The notes under the pieces are model-generated. The model saw only the letters and a list, made by a program, of their open reading frames with translations, was not told the origin of the DNA and searched no databases. Made by a program: the position numbers and the translations under genes. A stretch of 40,000 bases of DNA from Sutcliffiella tianshenii (lineage in GTDB: Bacteria > Bacillota > Bacilli > Bacillales > Bacillaceae_N). The DNA lies in contig CP129018.1 in NCBI GenBank assembly GCA_020524525.2, positions 1,204,115-1,244,114 of the forward strand, read 5' to 3'. This document shows positions 33,009-40,000 of the stretch, piece by piece. Each line of letters opens with the position of its first letter. The stretch's first letter is position 1.

Positions 33009-33070
33009 AACGGAAGCGAATGCTTAACTAGAGTATTCGCTTCTTTCGTTATAAAGCAGGTTAGTTTAAG
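33009..33070 (+). repeat. Hairpin repeat family B, copy 3 (best hairpin)
   Basis: AACGGAAGCGAAT-gcttaactagagt-ATTCGCTTCTTTCGTTATAAAGCAGGTTAGTTTAAG. The 9-bp stem is GAAGCGAAT/ATTCGCTTC. Confidence 0.8.
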
Positions 33071-33124
33071 TAGGTCAGGGTTCTGTTGTAAAATTATACA
33101 AGAACATCACAGGGGAGATATTAA

Positions 33125-34378
33125 ATGATTAAAGGGATATATGAATTTATAAGTGAAGCACAGTTAAAGAAGTATGCAGAACTTGCTGTACGAGCTGGTG
33201 TAAATCTGCAAAAAAATCAATTATTGATTATTCATAGTGATATACAAAATGCTACGTTTGCACGTCTAATCCAAACGGCAGCCTACGAGGCAGGAGCTTC
33301 AAATGTATTTATAGATTGGACAGACGAACAGTCTACCAAAGAATTTTACTTAAATGCAGCAGATAGTGTAATCGATCACTTTCCTGATTGGCAGGCTGCC
33401 CGTTTTAAGGAGTGGGACGATGCAGGTGCTGCGTACATCCATATTATTTCTGAAAACTTAGATGTCTTTAAAGAGGTTTCTACAGAAAGGATAAGTCGTT
33501 TCCAAAAAGCTTCTCGTACCAAATTGAGGGATTATTATGCGAAAATTAGATCCCACGAGGTACGCTGGTGTCTTCTAGCTGTTCCATACGTTGGATGGGC
33601 AACTAAAGTATTTCCCAACCTAAGTAAAGAAGAAGCTTTACAATCATTATGGGAATTAATTTTAAAAGGATCTCGGGCAGCTGGAAAAAATCCTATAAAA
33701 GATTGGGAGAGTCACAATAGAGCCTTCGAGTCCCGAAAAAAAATCCTAAACGAGAGCCAATTTGAAGCCTTGCATTTTACAAATAGCCGTGGAACTGATT
33801 TATTAGTTGGTCTACCTAAAAATCATCTCTATATCGGTGGGGGTGTCATAGATAAAAATGGAATACCTTTCTTTCCGAACATTCCTACGGAAGAAATATT
33901 TACTGCTCCCCATAAAAATAAGGTGAATGGCAAATTGGTAGGTACTAAACCTCTTATCTATGGTGGGAGTGTCATCGATGAATTTCATCTGATTTTTAAA
34001 GAAGGACGGATTACCGACTATTATGCCGCAAAGGGACAAAAAGTGTTACAAAATCTCATCGAAACAGACGAAGGTTCACATTATCTAGGGGAAATTGCCT
34101 TAGTCTCTAATAAATCTCCTCTTGCTCAGACAGATACTCTTTTTTACAATACCTTGTTTGATGAAAATACAGCCTGTCATATTGGAATCGGAAATGCATC
34201 TCCCTCCAATATCCAAAATGGCATTGACCAATCTGAGGAAGAGTTGAAGGAAGCTGGTCTGAATACTTCACTTTTGTTAGCCAATGTGACCTTTGGTACC
34301 GAAGATATGAAAGTAGTGGGCATTAAAGAAGGTGGAACTGAAGTCCTGCTAATGAAGAATGGGGATTTCCAATTCTAA
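33125..34378 (+). CDS. ampS: Aminopeptidase, M29 family (AmpS/PepS-like)
   Basis: 417 aa. N-terminus LKKYAELAVRAGVNLQKNQLLIIHSD and the overall pattern match M29 aminopeptidases. Confidence 0.85.
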   Translation: MIKGIYEFISEAQLKKYAELAVRAGVNLQKNQLLIIHSDIQNATFARLIQTAAYEAGASNVFIDWTDEQSTKEFYLNAADSVIDHFPDWQAARFKEWDDAGAAYIHIISENLDVFKEVSTERISRFQKASRTKLRDYYAKIRSHEVRWCLLAVPYVGWATKVFPNLSKEEALQSLWELILKGSRAAGKNPIKDWESHNRAFESRKKILNESQFEALHFTNSRGTDLLVGLPKNHLYIGGGVIDKNGIPFFPNIPTEEIFTAPHKNKVNGKLVGTKPLIYGGSVIDEFHLIFKEGRITDYYAAKGQKVLQNLIETDEGSHYLGEIALVSNKSPLAQTDTLFYNTLFDENTACHIGIGNASPSNIQNGIDQSEEELKEAGLNTSLLLANVTFGTEDMKVVGIKEGGTEVLLMKNGDFQF

Positions 34379-34693
34379 ATCGTCTACAACAAAATAGAGG
34401 AACCTAATTTCTGGTGGATTATAATTAGTGCTAGCCATAGTGAAAACAAACTGGGTAGCATTTCTGTAACAAATGAAGATTATGGGTTAGGTTTGTGAAA
34501 GAATGTAATTAAACAAGCGGGTTCTTATCGACAATAAGAAAGAGGTAAATAGTATGGATTACAGCGATTTAATGGATTTAAAGGTTATATCCTTCTTCAC
34601 AGCTTCTTGGAACAGGAAACTAATTCATTAAGAGTTTTTATTGAAAGGTGTGGGGTATTAGTCAAAAACTTTCGTAATTAACGAGGAGAAAAA

Positions 34694-35353
34694 ATGAAAT
34701 ATAGAACTAAAGAACTTGAAGAACAAAATGAGGTTTATAGCTATTTAACGTATTTTACATTATTAGAACAAGTAAAAGAGAGCAACTCTATCTCAAATGA
34801 GACCATGCGAGAGGCGTTTGAGAACATAAAACCTTGGTTAATGAAATGGCTTCCGGGTGATTTGTTAGTTCATGTTGAAGATGGAACTTTAATGCAATCT
34901 AATTCATATGAACCGTCAATTGAGCTGGTAAGAAGGATAAATGAATGGATAAATAAGTTTGAAGAAAAAACAAGGGAAATAAGTAAGAATTATGCTGAGT
35001 ACAGCAGCTCTATAAACCACTTACTACCTAAAAACTTATTGGACTTACTTGAAAATACACCTTACGATGCAAGAATTGTGTCGTATAATCAGCCCGATAA
35101 AAGCAATTTAATTATACATTTTAATGAAACTGCAATATGTTATAAAAATGAATTTTCACTTTCGTTTAAAGGTGTGAAAGTTTTTGAGTTTGATGAAGAG
35201 GTTACTAATTTTAATTGGAATGTAACTGAAGCATATTTAACCGAGGAAGCAAATTTTGAACTAAGGGCACTCCTTTGGAAGTCAGGTAGAAGAACAACTC
35301 AAAACGAAATCTGTATTATTGCTGAAGATGTTCTGATTGAGACTGAAAAATAG
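34694..35353 (+). CDS. Hypothetical protein
   Basis: SD GAGGAG upstream. No confident family assignment. Confidence 0.6.
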   Translation: MKYRTKELEEQNEVYSYLTYFTLLEQVKESNSISNETMREAFENIKPWLMKWLPGDLLVHVEDGTLMQSNSYEPSIELVRRINEWINKFEEKTREISKNYAEYSSSINHLLPKNLLDLLENTPYDARIVSYNQPDKSNLIIHFNETAICYKNEFSLSFKGVKVFEFDEEVTNFNWNVTEAYLTEEANFELRALLWKSGRRTTQNEICIIAEDVLIETEK

Positions 35354-35381
35354 GCTAATATTTCAATAAAATCAACTAATA

Positions 35382-35428
35382 GAAGATAACTCTTATTTAA
35401 CATAACTTCTCTTCGTTAGTTTAATAAG
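35382..35428 (+). repeat. Possible degenerate fourth copy of hairpin family B
   Basis: GAAGATAACTCTTATTTAACATAACTTCTCTTCGTTAGTTTAATAAG shares the ...TTAAC...CTTCTyTTCGTTA...GTTTAAT frame. Weak. Confidence 0.3.
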
Positions 35429-35443
35429 ACAATAATCTAGTAT

Positions 35444-35477
35444 AGGACTTCCATATAATTGGAAGTCCTGTTGTTTG
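35444..35477 (+). terminator. Terminator-like hairpin
   Basis: AGGACTTCCA-tataat-TGGAAGTCCT followed by GTTGTTTG. Confidence 0.55.
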
Positions 35478-35539
35478 TACAAATATAAACACCAAACTTT
35501 AACAGAGACTATTAAAAAAGATAATGTGGATATTTTTTC

Positions 35540-35587
35540 TTTACATTTTAATATTAATCAGTTAAACTGATAATCAGTTAAGGTGAT
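35540..35587 (+). promoter_or_regulatory. Candidate marR promoter with two operator palindromes
   Basis: TTTACA(35540-35545)-17 nt-TAAACT. Perfect palindrome ATCAGTTAAACTGAT at 35557-35571 and related ATCAGTTAAGGTGAT at 35573-35587. Confidence 0.55.
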
Positions 35588-35612
35588 TAATTTTATTTGA
35601 GGAGGTGACCTA

Positions 35613-36050
35613 TTGAGTAAACTTATTAATTCATTTGGATTTCTTACAGGAAAAGTTGTTCAGTTATTAGAGGAAGATTTTGTCGATAAGTTAAAGTTGT
35701 TTGAAATTGATGCAAGACAATATGGAATGTTAGTTAAAGTGTATGAAAATCCAGGTATGTCCCAAAAAAAAATTGCAGAAGAGCTAAAAATAGACCGTAC
35801 AACAATGGCAGAGCGTGCCGAAAAGTTAGAGTTATTAAATTACATTACAAGAGTTAAGAATCCTGAAGATAAAAGAACTTATTGTCTTAATATTACAGAC
35901 AAAGGTATAGAAATATTAGAAAAATGTTGGGAATTGTTAAGGCAGTCTGAAGAAGGTGTTTTATTTCCATTAAATGATAAAGAAAAAGAAAGTTTTAAAA
36001 GTTATTTATTAAAGATTTATAATACATGGGAGGGTGATAAAAGTGAATAG
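35613..36050 (+). CDS. MarR-family transcriptional regulator
   Basis: TTG start after GAGGAGGTGA. QYGMLVKVYENPGMSQKKIAEELKIDRTTMAERAEKLELLNYITRVKNPEDKR is a wHTH MarR pattern. Confidence 0.9.
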   Translation: MSKLINSFGFLTGKVVQLLEEDFVDKLKLFEIDARQYGMLVKVYENPGMSQKKIAEELKIDRTTMAERAEKLELLNYITRVKNPEDKRTYCLNITDKGIEILEKCWELLRQSEEGVLFPLNDKEKESFKSYLLKIYNTWEGDKSE

Positions 36051-36426
36051 AATGGAATATTTTGAAAGTCGAATTGAATCAACATTTAGTCCTATGGATT
36101 ACTTGCAGGCCAAAAAAGCGAACCCTGATAATTATTTTCTTATTGATGTTAGAAATGGTACACCAGATTTAAAGAAGGAAAAAATTGAAGGTGCAATAGA
36201 AATACCCCAAGCAGAATTATTAAATCATTTATCAGATTTACCTAAAGATAAGGAGATAATCGTTTACTGTTGGGATGTTTGGTGTAACACTGCATCCAAG
36301 TCTGCCGTTGTTCTTTTAGAAAATGGTTTGTCGGTAAAGGAATTAAGTGGTGGGATTGCATCTTGGAAGACAATGAATTTACCAACAACTCCATTATCTG
36401 ATTTTAATAAAGAATGTGGATGTTAA
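36034..36426 (+). CDS. Rhodanese-like domain protein
   Basis: FLIDVRN...AIEIP...IIVYCWDVWCNTASKSAVVLLENG...LSGGIASW pattern. The start is uncertain (GTG 36034/36043 or ATG 36052). Confidence 0.8.
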   Translation: MIKVNRMEYFESRIESTFSPMDYLQAKKANPDNYFLIDVRNGTPDLKKEKIEGAIEIPQAELLNHLSDLPKDKEIIVYCWDVWCNTASKSAVVLLENGLSVKELSGGIASWKTMNLPTTPLSDFNKECGC

Positions 36427-36446
36427 GGTTAACACCTATATTTAAA

Positions 36447-36465
36447 AGGTCGTCTTTGACGACCT
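36447..36465 (+). repeat. Left copy of the 19-bp target duplication (terminator hairpin AGGTCGTCTTTGACGACCT)
   Basis: Identical 19-mer at 38033-38051. Abuts the IS left end. Confidence 0.85.
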
Positions 36466-38032
36466 CAGGCTGTCGAGAAAGTCTCGACAGCCTGTTTTTT
36501 TACCTTATTACCGCGTTAATTTGTTATAATAGATGTAAATGAAGATACAGGCGGTGATAAGGTTGTTTCATACAAATAAAGACCGACAATACGAAATGGA
36601 GTTTGTACATATTGAAGAGCTAGTCCCAGAAGACCATCTCTTACGAAAAATTGATAAATATATTGATTTCTCCTTTATCCTTGAAAAAGTTCGTCCTTAT
36701 TATTGCGAAGATAATGGGCGTCCCTCTCTCGATCCTCTCGTTCTTTTCAAAATGATGTTTATCGGCTATTTTTATGGTATTCGTTCCGAACGTCAGCTTG
36801 AACGTGAAATTCAGACAAATGTCGCTTACCGATGGTTTTTAGGGCTTCATCTAAATGATAAGGTTCCTCACCATTCAACGATTAGTTGGAATCGGCGTAC
36901 ACGATTCAAAGGCACAACGGTTTTTCAAGACATTTTTGATGAAATCGTTCATCAAGCGATGAGTCATCGTATGGTCGGTGGTCGAGTGCTGTTTACGGAT
37001 TCGACTCATTTGAAGGCAAATGCCAACCGACACCAATTTACACGGGAAGAAGTAGAAGAAGAAACACGGGATTATATTGATGAACTTAACAAAGCTGTGG
37101 AAGAGGATCGGATCCAGAATGGAAAAAAGCCCCTTAAACCGAAAGAGGAGGTGAAAGAAACAAAAACGATCCGCGTTAGTAAGACGGATCCTGAGAGTGG
37201 TTACCTATACCGTGAGAATAAGCCAGAAGGGTTCTTTTATTTAGATCATAGAACGACTGACCTGAAATATAATGTGATTACCGATGTTCATGTCACTCCA
37301 GGCAACCTTCACGATTCTGTTCCTTATTTGAATCGGTTAGACCTACAGGTTGAAAAGTTTGGCTTTGATTTAGAAGGTGTGGGACTGGACGCTGGTTACT
37401 TAACAATGCCGATTTGTAAGGGGTTAACTGACCGTAACATTTTTGGAGTCATTGCTCATCGTCGGTACAGTTCGACGAAAGGACTTATGCCAAAGTGGAA
37501 ATTTAAATTTGATGAAGAACGAAATGTTTATGTATGTCCACAGGGAGAAACGTTAACCTATCGCACCACTACAAGAGAAGGGTACCGCGAATACAAATCC
37601 GATCCAAAAAAGTGTGAAGAGTGTTCATTACTTGAAAGCTGTACACGGTCTAAAAATCATCAAAAGGTTCTCACCCGACACATGTGGGAGGACCGAAAAG
37701 AACAAATCCGACGAAATCGCTTATCCAAAGAAGGAAAAGTGATTACACAAAAAAGAAGAGAAACCGTTGAGCGAAGCTTCGCAGATTCAAAAGAACTGCA
37801 TGGGCTTCGCTATTGCAGGTTGAGGGGATTGGAAAATGTAAAAGAGCAGGCATTACTTACAGCTGCCTGCCAGAACATGAAAAAAGATTGCCCTTCACCT
37901 ATCCAGACAGAATGGATAGGTGAAGGGGAGTATTTTTCTTTCAAATCCTCACTTCTATAGAGTAAAAATCATCCTATTTTAAAAAGTCATGAAAAAAGCT
38001 TGTAGAAAAACACAGGGTTTCTCTACAAGCTG
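36466..38032 (+). mobile_element. IS1182-family (IS5-like, DUF772 + DDE) insertion sequence
   Basis: Bounded by the 19-bp direct repeat. The ends are CAGGCTGTCGAGAAA... and (reverse complement) CAGCTTGTAGAGAAA.... Both ends fold into 10-12 bp hairpins. Confidence 0.85.
36539..37960 (+). CDS. IS1182-family transposase
   Basis: LVPEDHLLRKIDKYIDFSFI...GRPSLDPLVLFKMMFIGYFYGIRSERQLEREIQTNVAYRWFLGL (DUF772 N-terminus) and a C-terminal ERSFADSKELHGLRYCRLRGLENVKEQALLTAACQNMKK. The start may be further downstream. Confidence 0.9.
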   Translation: MKIQAVIRLFHTNKDRQYEMEFVHIEELVPEDHLLRKIDKYIDFSFILEKVRPYYCEDNGRPSLDPLVLFKMMFIGYFYGIRSERQLEREIQTNVAYRWFLGLHLNDKVPHHSTISWNRRTRFKGTTVFQDIFDEIVHQAMSHRMVGGRVLFTDSTHLKANANRHQFTREEVEEETRDYIDELNKAVEEDRIQNGKKPLKPKEEVKETKTIRVSKTDPESGYLYRENKPEGFFYLDHRTTDLKYNVITDVHVTPGNLHDSVPYLNRLDLQVEKFGFDLEGVGLDAGYLTMPICKGLTDRNIFGVIAHRRYSSTKGLMPKWKFKFDEERNVYVCPQGETLTYRTTTREGYREYKSDPKKCEECSLLESCTRSKNHQKVLTRHMWEDRKEQIRRNRLSKEGKVITQKRRETVERSFADSKELHGLRYCRLRGLENVKEQALLTAACQNMKKDCPSPIQTEWIGEGEYFSFKSSLL

Positions 38033-38051
38033 AGGTCGTCTTTGACGACCT
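38033..38051 (+). repeat. Right copy of the 19-bp target duplication, retaining the T8 run of the original terminator
   Basis: AGGTCGTCTTTGACGACCT followed by TTTTTTT. Confidence 0.85.
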
Positions 38052-38136
38052 TTTTTTTGACATTATGCTAATAAAACAGGAGTCAAATAATTGTAATTAT
38101 AAAAATAATATGGTAAATTTTATGTAATTAAGTTAG

Positions 38137-38152
38137 TTAGTTGAATAACTAA
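38137..38152 (+). promoter_or_regulatory. Candidate TetR operator palindrome TTAGTT-gaat-AACTAA
   Basis: Inverted hexamers 15 nt upstream of the tetR-like start. Confidence 0.35.
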
Positions 38153-38167
38153 TAAGGGGGTGACGAA

Positions 38168-38755
38168 TTGGCAAAACCCAATGTTATTAGTAAAGGAGAC
38201 TTAATTAAAAGTGCAAAAGAGTGTTTAGTTAATAATGGGATAGACAAATTCACCTTACGATCAGTTGCAGAGCTGGCAGGAGTAACACAGGGAACAATCT
38301 ATTATCATTTTAAAACGAAGGAGCAGTTGTTATTAGATATTGTTCAAGATATTTGTGAAAGTTCGTGGTCAGAGATTTCACAACGAAGTAATCAATATAT
38401 TATTAGTCAAGCAATTGAATCAGCTAAAAGTCGATGTTCTTATGATTCCTTTTATCATAAACTATTTTTTACTTTAGTTGTATCGAGTTTTAACAATATA
38501 AAAATAAGAAGTCAATTAGGAGAGCTAACGCAATTTGAAAACGATGAATTAGCTAAAAATTTATTAAATTTATGGTCAAAATCTCCGCTTGATGGTGTTT
38601 CTGTGGAAACGTGGGGAATTCTCATAAATGCAATTGTTGATGGGATAGCCTTACAAGCAATGGTACAAAAAGATTTTCCAGTAGAAAAAACATATGAAGA
38701 GCTTGAACGACTATTTATAGTTTTTACTCAATTACTTAACGAGGGGGATAAGTAA
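38168..38755 (+). CDS. TetR/AcrR-family transcriptional regulator
   Basis: FTLRSVAELAGVTQGTIYYHFKTKEQLLLDIV is the TetR N-terminal HTH. Confidence 0.9.
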   Translation: MAKPNVISKGDLIKSAKECLVNNGIDKFTLRSVAELAGVTQGTIYYHFKTKEQLLLDIVQDICESSWSEISQRSNQYIISQAIESAKSRCSYDSFYHKLFFTLVVSSFNNIKIRSQLGELTQFENDELAKNLLNLWSKSPLDGVSVETWGILINAIVDGIALQAMVQKDFPVEKTYEELERLFIVFTQLLNEGDK

Positions 38756-39162
38756 TGAAAGGGTATTTAATGACTCTCTTATGGGGTGTCTTAGTTTGGA
38801 TCTTTGCTACAATGTTTTTTGTGTTTTTTGGAGAGCATGTACTCTTTAGTCCCGGTACAGAACCTTTTACAACAAGCTTATTATTATTAGTGATGGGAAC
38901 AGGGCTTGTATTGTGGGGTGTTACTTATCTTTATCTCTTATTTGATAAATCAAAGAATGCACCAATAAAGTTTGGAATAGTTGGAACGATTATTGGTTTA
39001 TCATTAGACACATTTTCTTTATCAAATCACAATTTGATTTTCACTAAATTAGATAATACGCAGGTTATTGCGTTTACTGCATGGATGTCTTTTGCTTATG
39101 CTTTATATTTATTTATACCGGCAATGATAAACCAACAAAGAATGAAGCATCATAAGACATAA
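38755..39162 (+). CDS. Hypothetical 4-TM membrane protein co-transcribed with the TetR regulator
   Basis: Start overlaps the tetR stop (TAATG). Four hydrophobic segments. Confidence 0.7.
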   Translation: MKGYLMTLLWGVLVWIFATMFFVFFGEHVLFSPGTEPFTTSLLLLVMGTGLVLWGVTYLYLLFDKSKNAPIKFGIVGTIIGLSLDTFSLSNHNLIFTKLDNTQVIAFTAWMSFAYALYLFIPAMINQQRMKHHKT

Positions 39163-39185
39163 ATTAAAAACATTGAAGAGACAGG

Positions 39186-39219
39186 AGCGTATCTAAACTA
39201 AAGCGGGTACGCTTTTTTG
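39186..39219 (+). terminator. Terminator-like hairpin
   Basis: AGCGTA-16 nt-TACGCT followed by TTTTTT. The stem is short. Confidence 0.45.
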
Positions 39220-39512
39220 ATGTTTTGGGAAAAGTTTAAGAAGTTTATAAATAAAAACCAAGTGGAATATGTTAAATTTTAGTAAAGTATCAATTGGGGA
39301 GATTACTTATAAATCATGAAAAAAATTATGGTTGTTGGGGCTTCTTCAAATCTTAAAAGACGATCCAGAAGCAATCATAGAAGAGGTCTATAACTGGAGT
39401 GAACGAAAAAGACAAACATTTAAAGCACAGCATATTCACATGGCTTGGGTTCATTTAAATGATTTAGGACTGTTTGAAGAAAAAGTGAGTGTGTAGCTTT
39501 GATTTTTAAAAA

Positions 39513-39544
39513 AGCCTTTCAGAGTAAAAACTGAAAGGCTTTTC
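39513..39544. terminator. Bidirectional terminator hairpin
   Basis: AGCCTTTCAG-agtaaaaa-CTGAAAGGCT, flanked by an A6 run upstream and TTTCC downstream. Confidence 0.7.
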
Positions 39545-39760
39545 CGTATACTTAGTAGATGAAACGATGAAAGGAATTGTTTTTAATAACATTGTTAAAA
39601 AACAATAAACTCGACTAACAAACAAAAATATTGTTTATAATTCTGATTTGAAAATAAAATACATGTTATTTCAAATAACGGCCAAGTTGTGAAACTATGG
39701 TGTACAATAGAATCAAAAAGCCTTATCTTTAATGATTGGGTAACTTAAAGAGGTTATAAA

Positions 39761-40000
39761 ATGTATAATGAAACAGCCAAAAATATTAGAGAAAATCTAA
39801 AAGCTGATTGCTCGAAATGCTTTGGACTCTGCTGTACAGCCCTAAATATTGCAGCATCAAGTGATTTTGCAATTAATAAGCCTGCTGGCACACCTTGTCC
39901 TAACTTACAAAAAGATTTTCGATGTGGAATTCATAAGAATTTAAGAGATAAAGGATTTAAAGGATGTACAGTGTTTGATTGTCTAGGAGCCGGTCAAAAA
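39761..40000 (+). CDS. Cysteine-rich protein, 5' part only (runs off the window)
   Basis: ATG 39761, open for 80 codons to the window end. CSKCFGLCC...PCPNL...FRCGIH...GCTVFDCLGAGQ cysteine pattern. Confidence 0.6.
   Translation, partial: MYNETAKNIRENLKADCSKCFGLCCTALNIAASSDFAINKPAGTPCPNLQKDFRCGIHKNLRDKGFKGCTVFDCLGAGQK

Larger units (their letters stand above)
22017..33124. other. Accessory island between the prophage lysis cassette and core ampS (IS, defence-type genes, TA, gene remnants)
   Basis: Mixed orientation, long non-coding gaps, an IS, pseudogenes and repeated hairpins. Visibly more AT-rich than the flanks by eye; not computed. Confidence 0.7.

Noticed and set aside
25728-33070. 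Whether the recurring hairpins form a CRISPR array.
   Set aside because: The copies are 0.8-3.5 kb apart with genes between them and belong to two different families. There is no regular repeat-spacer periodicity and there are no cas genes.
30789-33070. Family B hairpins as integron attC sites (gene-cassette array).
   Set aside because: I could not find the RYYYAAC / GTTRRRY core pair (the 3' side reads GTTATAx), and there is no IntI-type integrase nearby. The cassette-like pattern is kept as an observation, but the integron interpretation is dropped.
39317-39497. MKKIMVVGASS... start (NAD-binding-like) that stops after 25 codons. An overlapping frame encodes ...ILKDDPEAIIEEVYNWSERKRQTFKAQHIHMAWVHLNDLGLFEEKVSV.
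   Set aside because: It is probably a deletion or frameshift remnant joining two unrelated gene ends. Neither part is long enough for me to assign a family.

Overview
This looks like a low-GC Firmicutes (Bacillus-like) chromosomal segment: GGAGG-type Shine-Dalgarno sites, frequent TTG/GTG starts, and XhlA/PBSX-type genes. All calls rest on reading the sequence and on remembered family signatures. No searches or computations were run.

The window has three parts.

(1) 1-22.0 kb is the co-linear + strand late region of a contractile-tail prophage. In order it carries a tyrosine recombinase fragment, a membrane moron, HNH, a candidate cos region, TerS/TerL, HK97-type portal/ClpP-like protease/capsid, connector proteins and sheath/tube. 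These are followed by a tail chaperone with a canonical -1 frameshift site, tape measure, an XkdQ-to-XkdU-like baseplate, and a fibre with a discoidin-like domain. The region ends with a wHTH moron and XhlA-holin-M15 endolysin.

(2) 22.0-33.1 kb looks by eye like an AT-richer accessory island. It holds phased short repeats at the prophage end, an IS3-family element and an Abi_2 (AbiD/F-like) gene. It also holds a tightly coupled three-gene operon, a DUF2188 gene, a Cys4 zinc-ribbon orphan, decayed small genes and a MazF-type toxin-antitoxin pair. Two families of conserved hairpin repeats bracket the cassettes.

(3) 33.1-40 kb carries housekeeping-type genes: M29 aminopeptidase, MarR+rhodanese, and TetR+membrane protein. 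An IS1182-family insertion here duplicated a 19-bp terminator hairpin.

The best candidate for an undescribed system is the operon at 25.9-29.2 kb. It encodes a YdjM-like membrane hydrolase, an XPB/ERCC3-like helicase with degenerate ATPase motifs, and a partner that repeats the helicase N-terminal domain.
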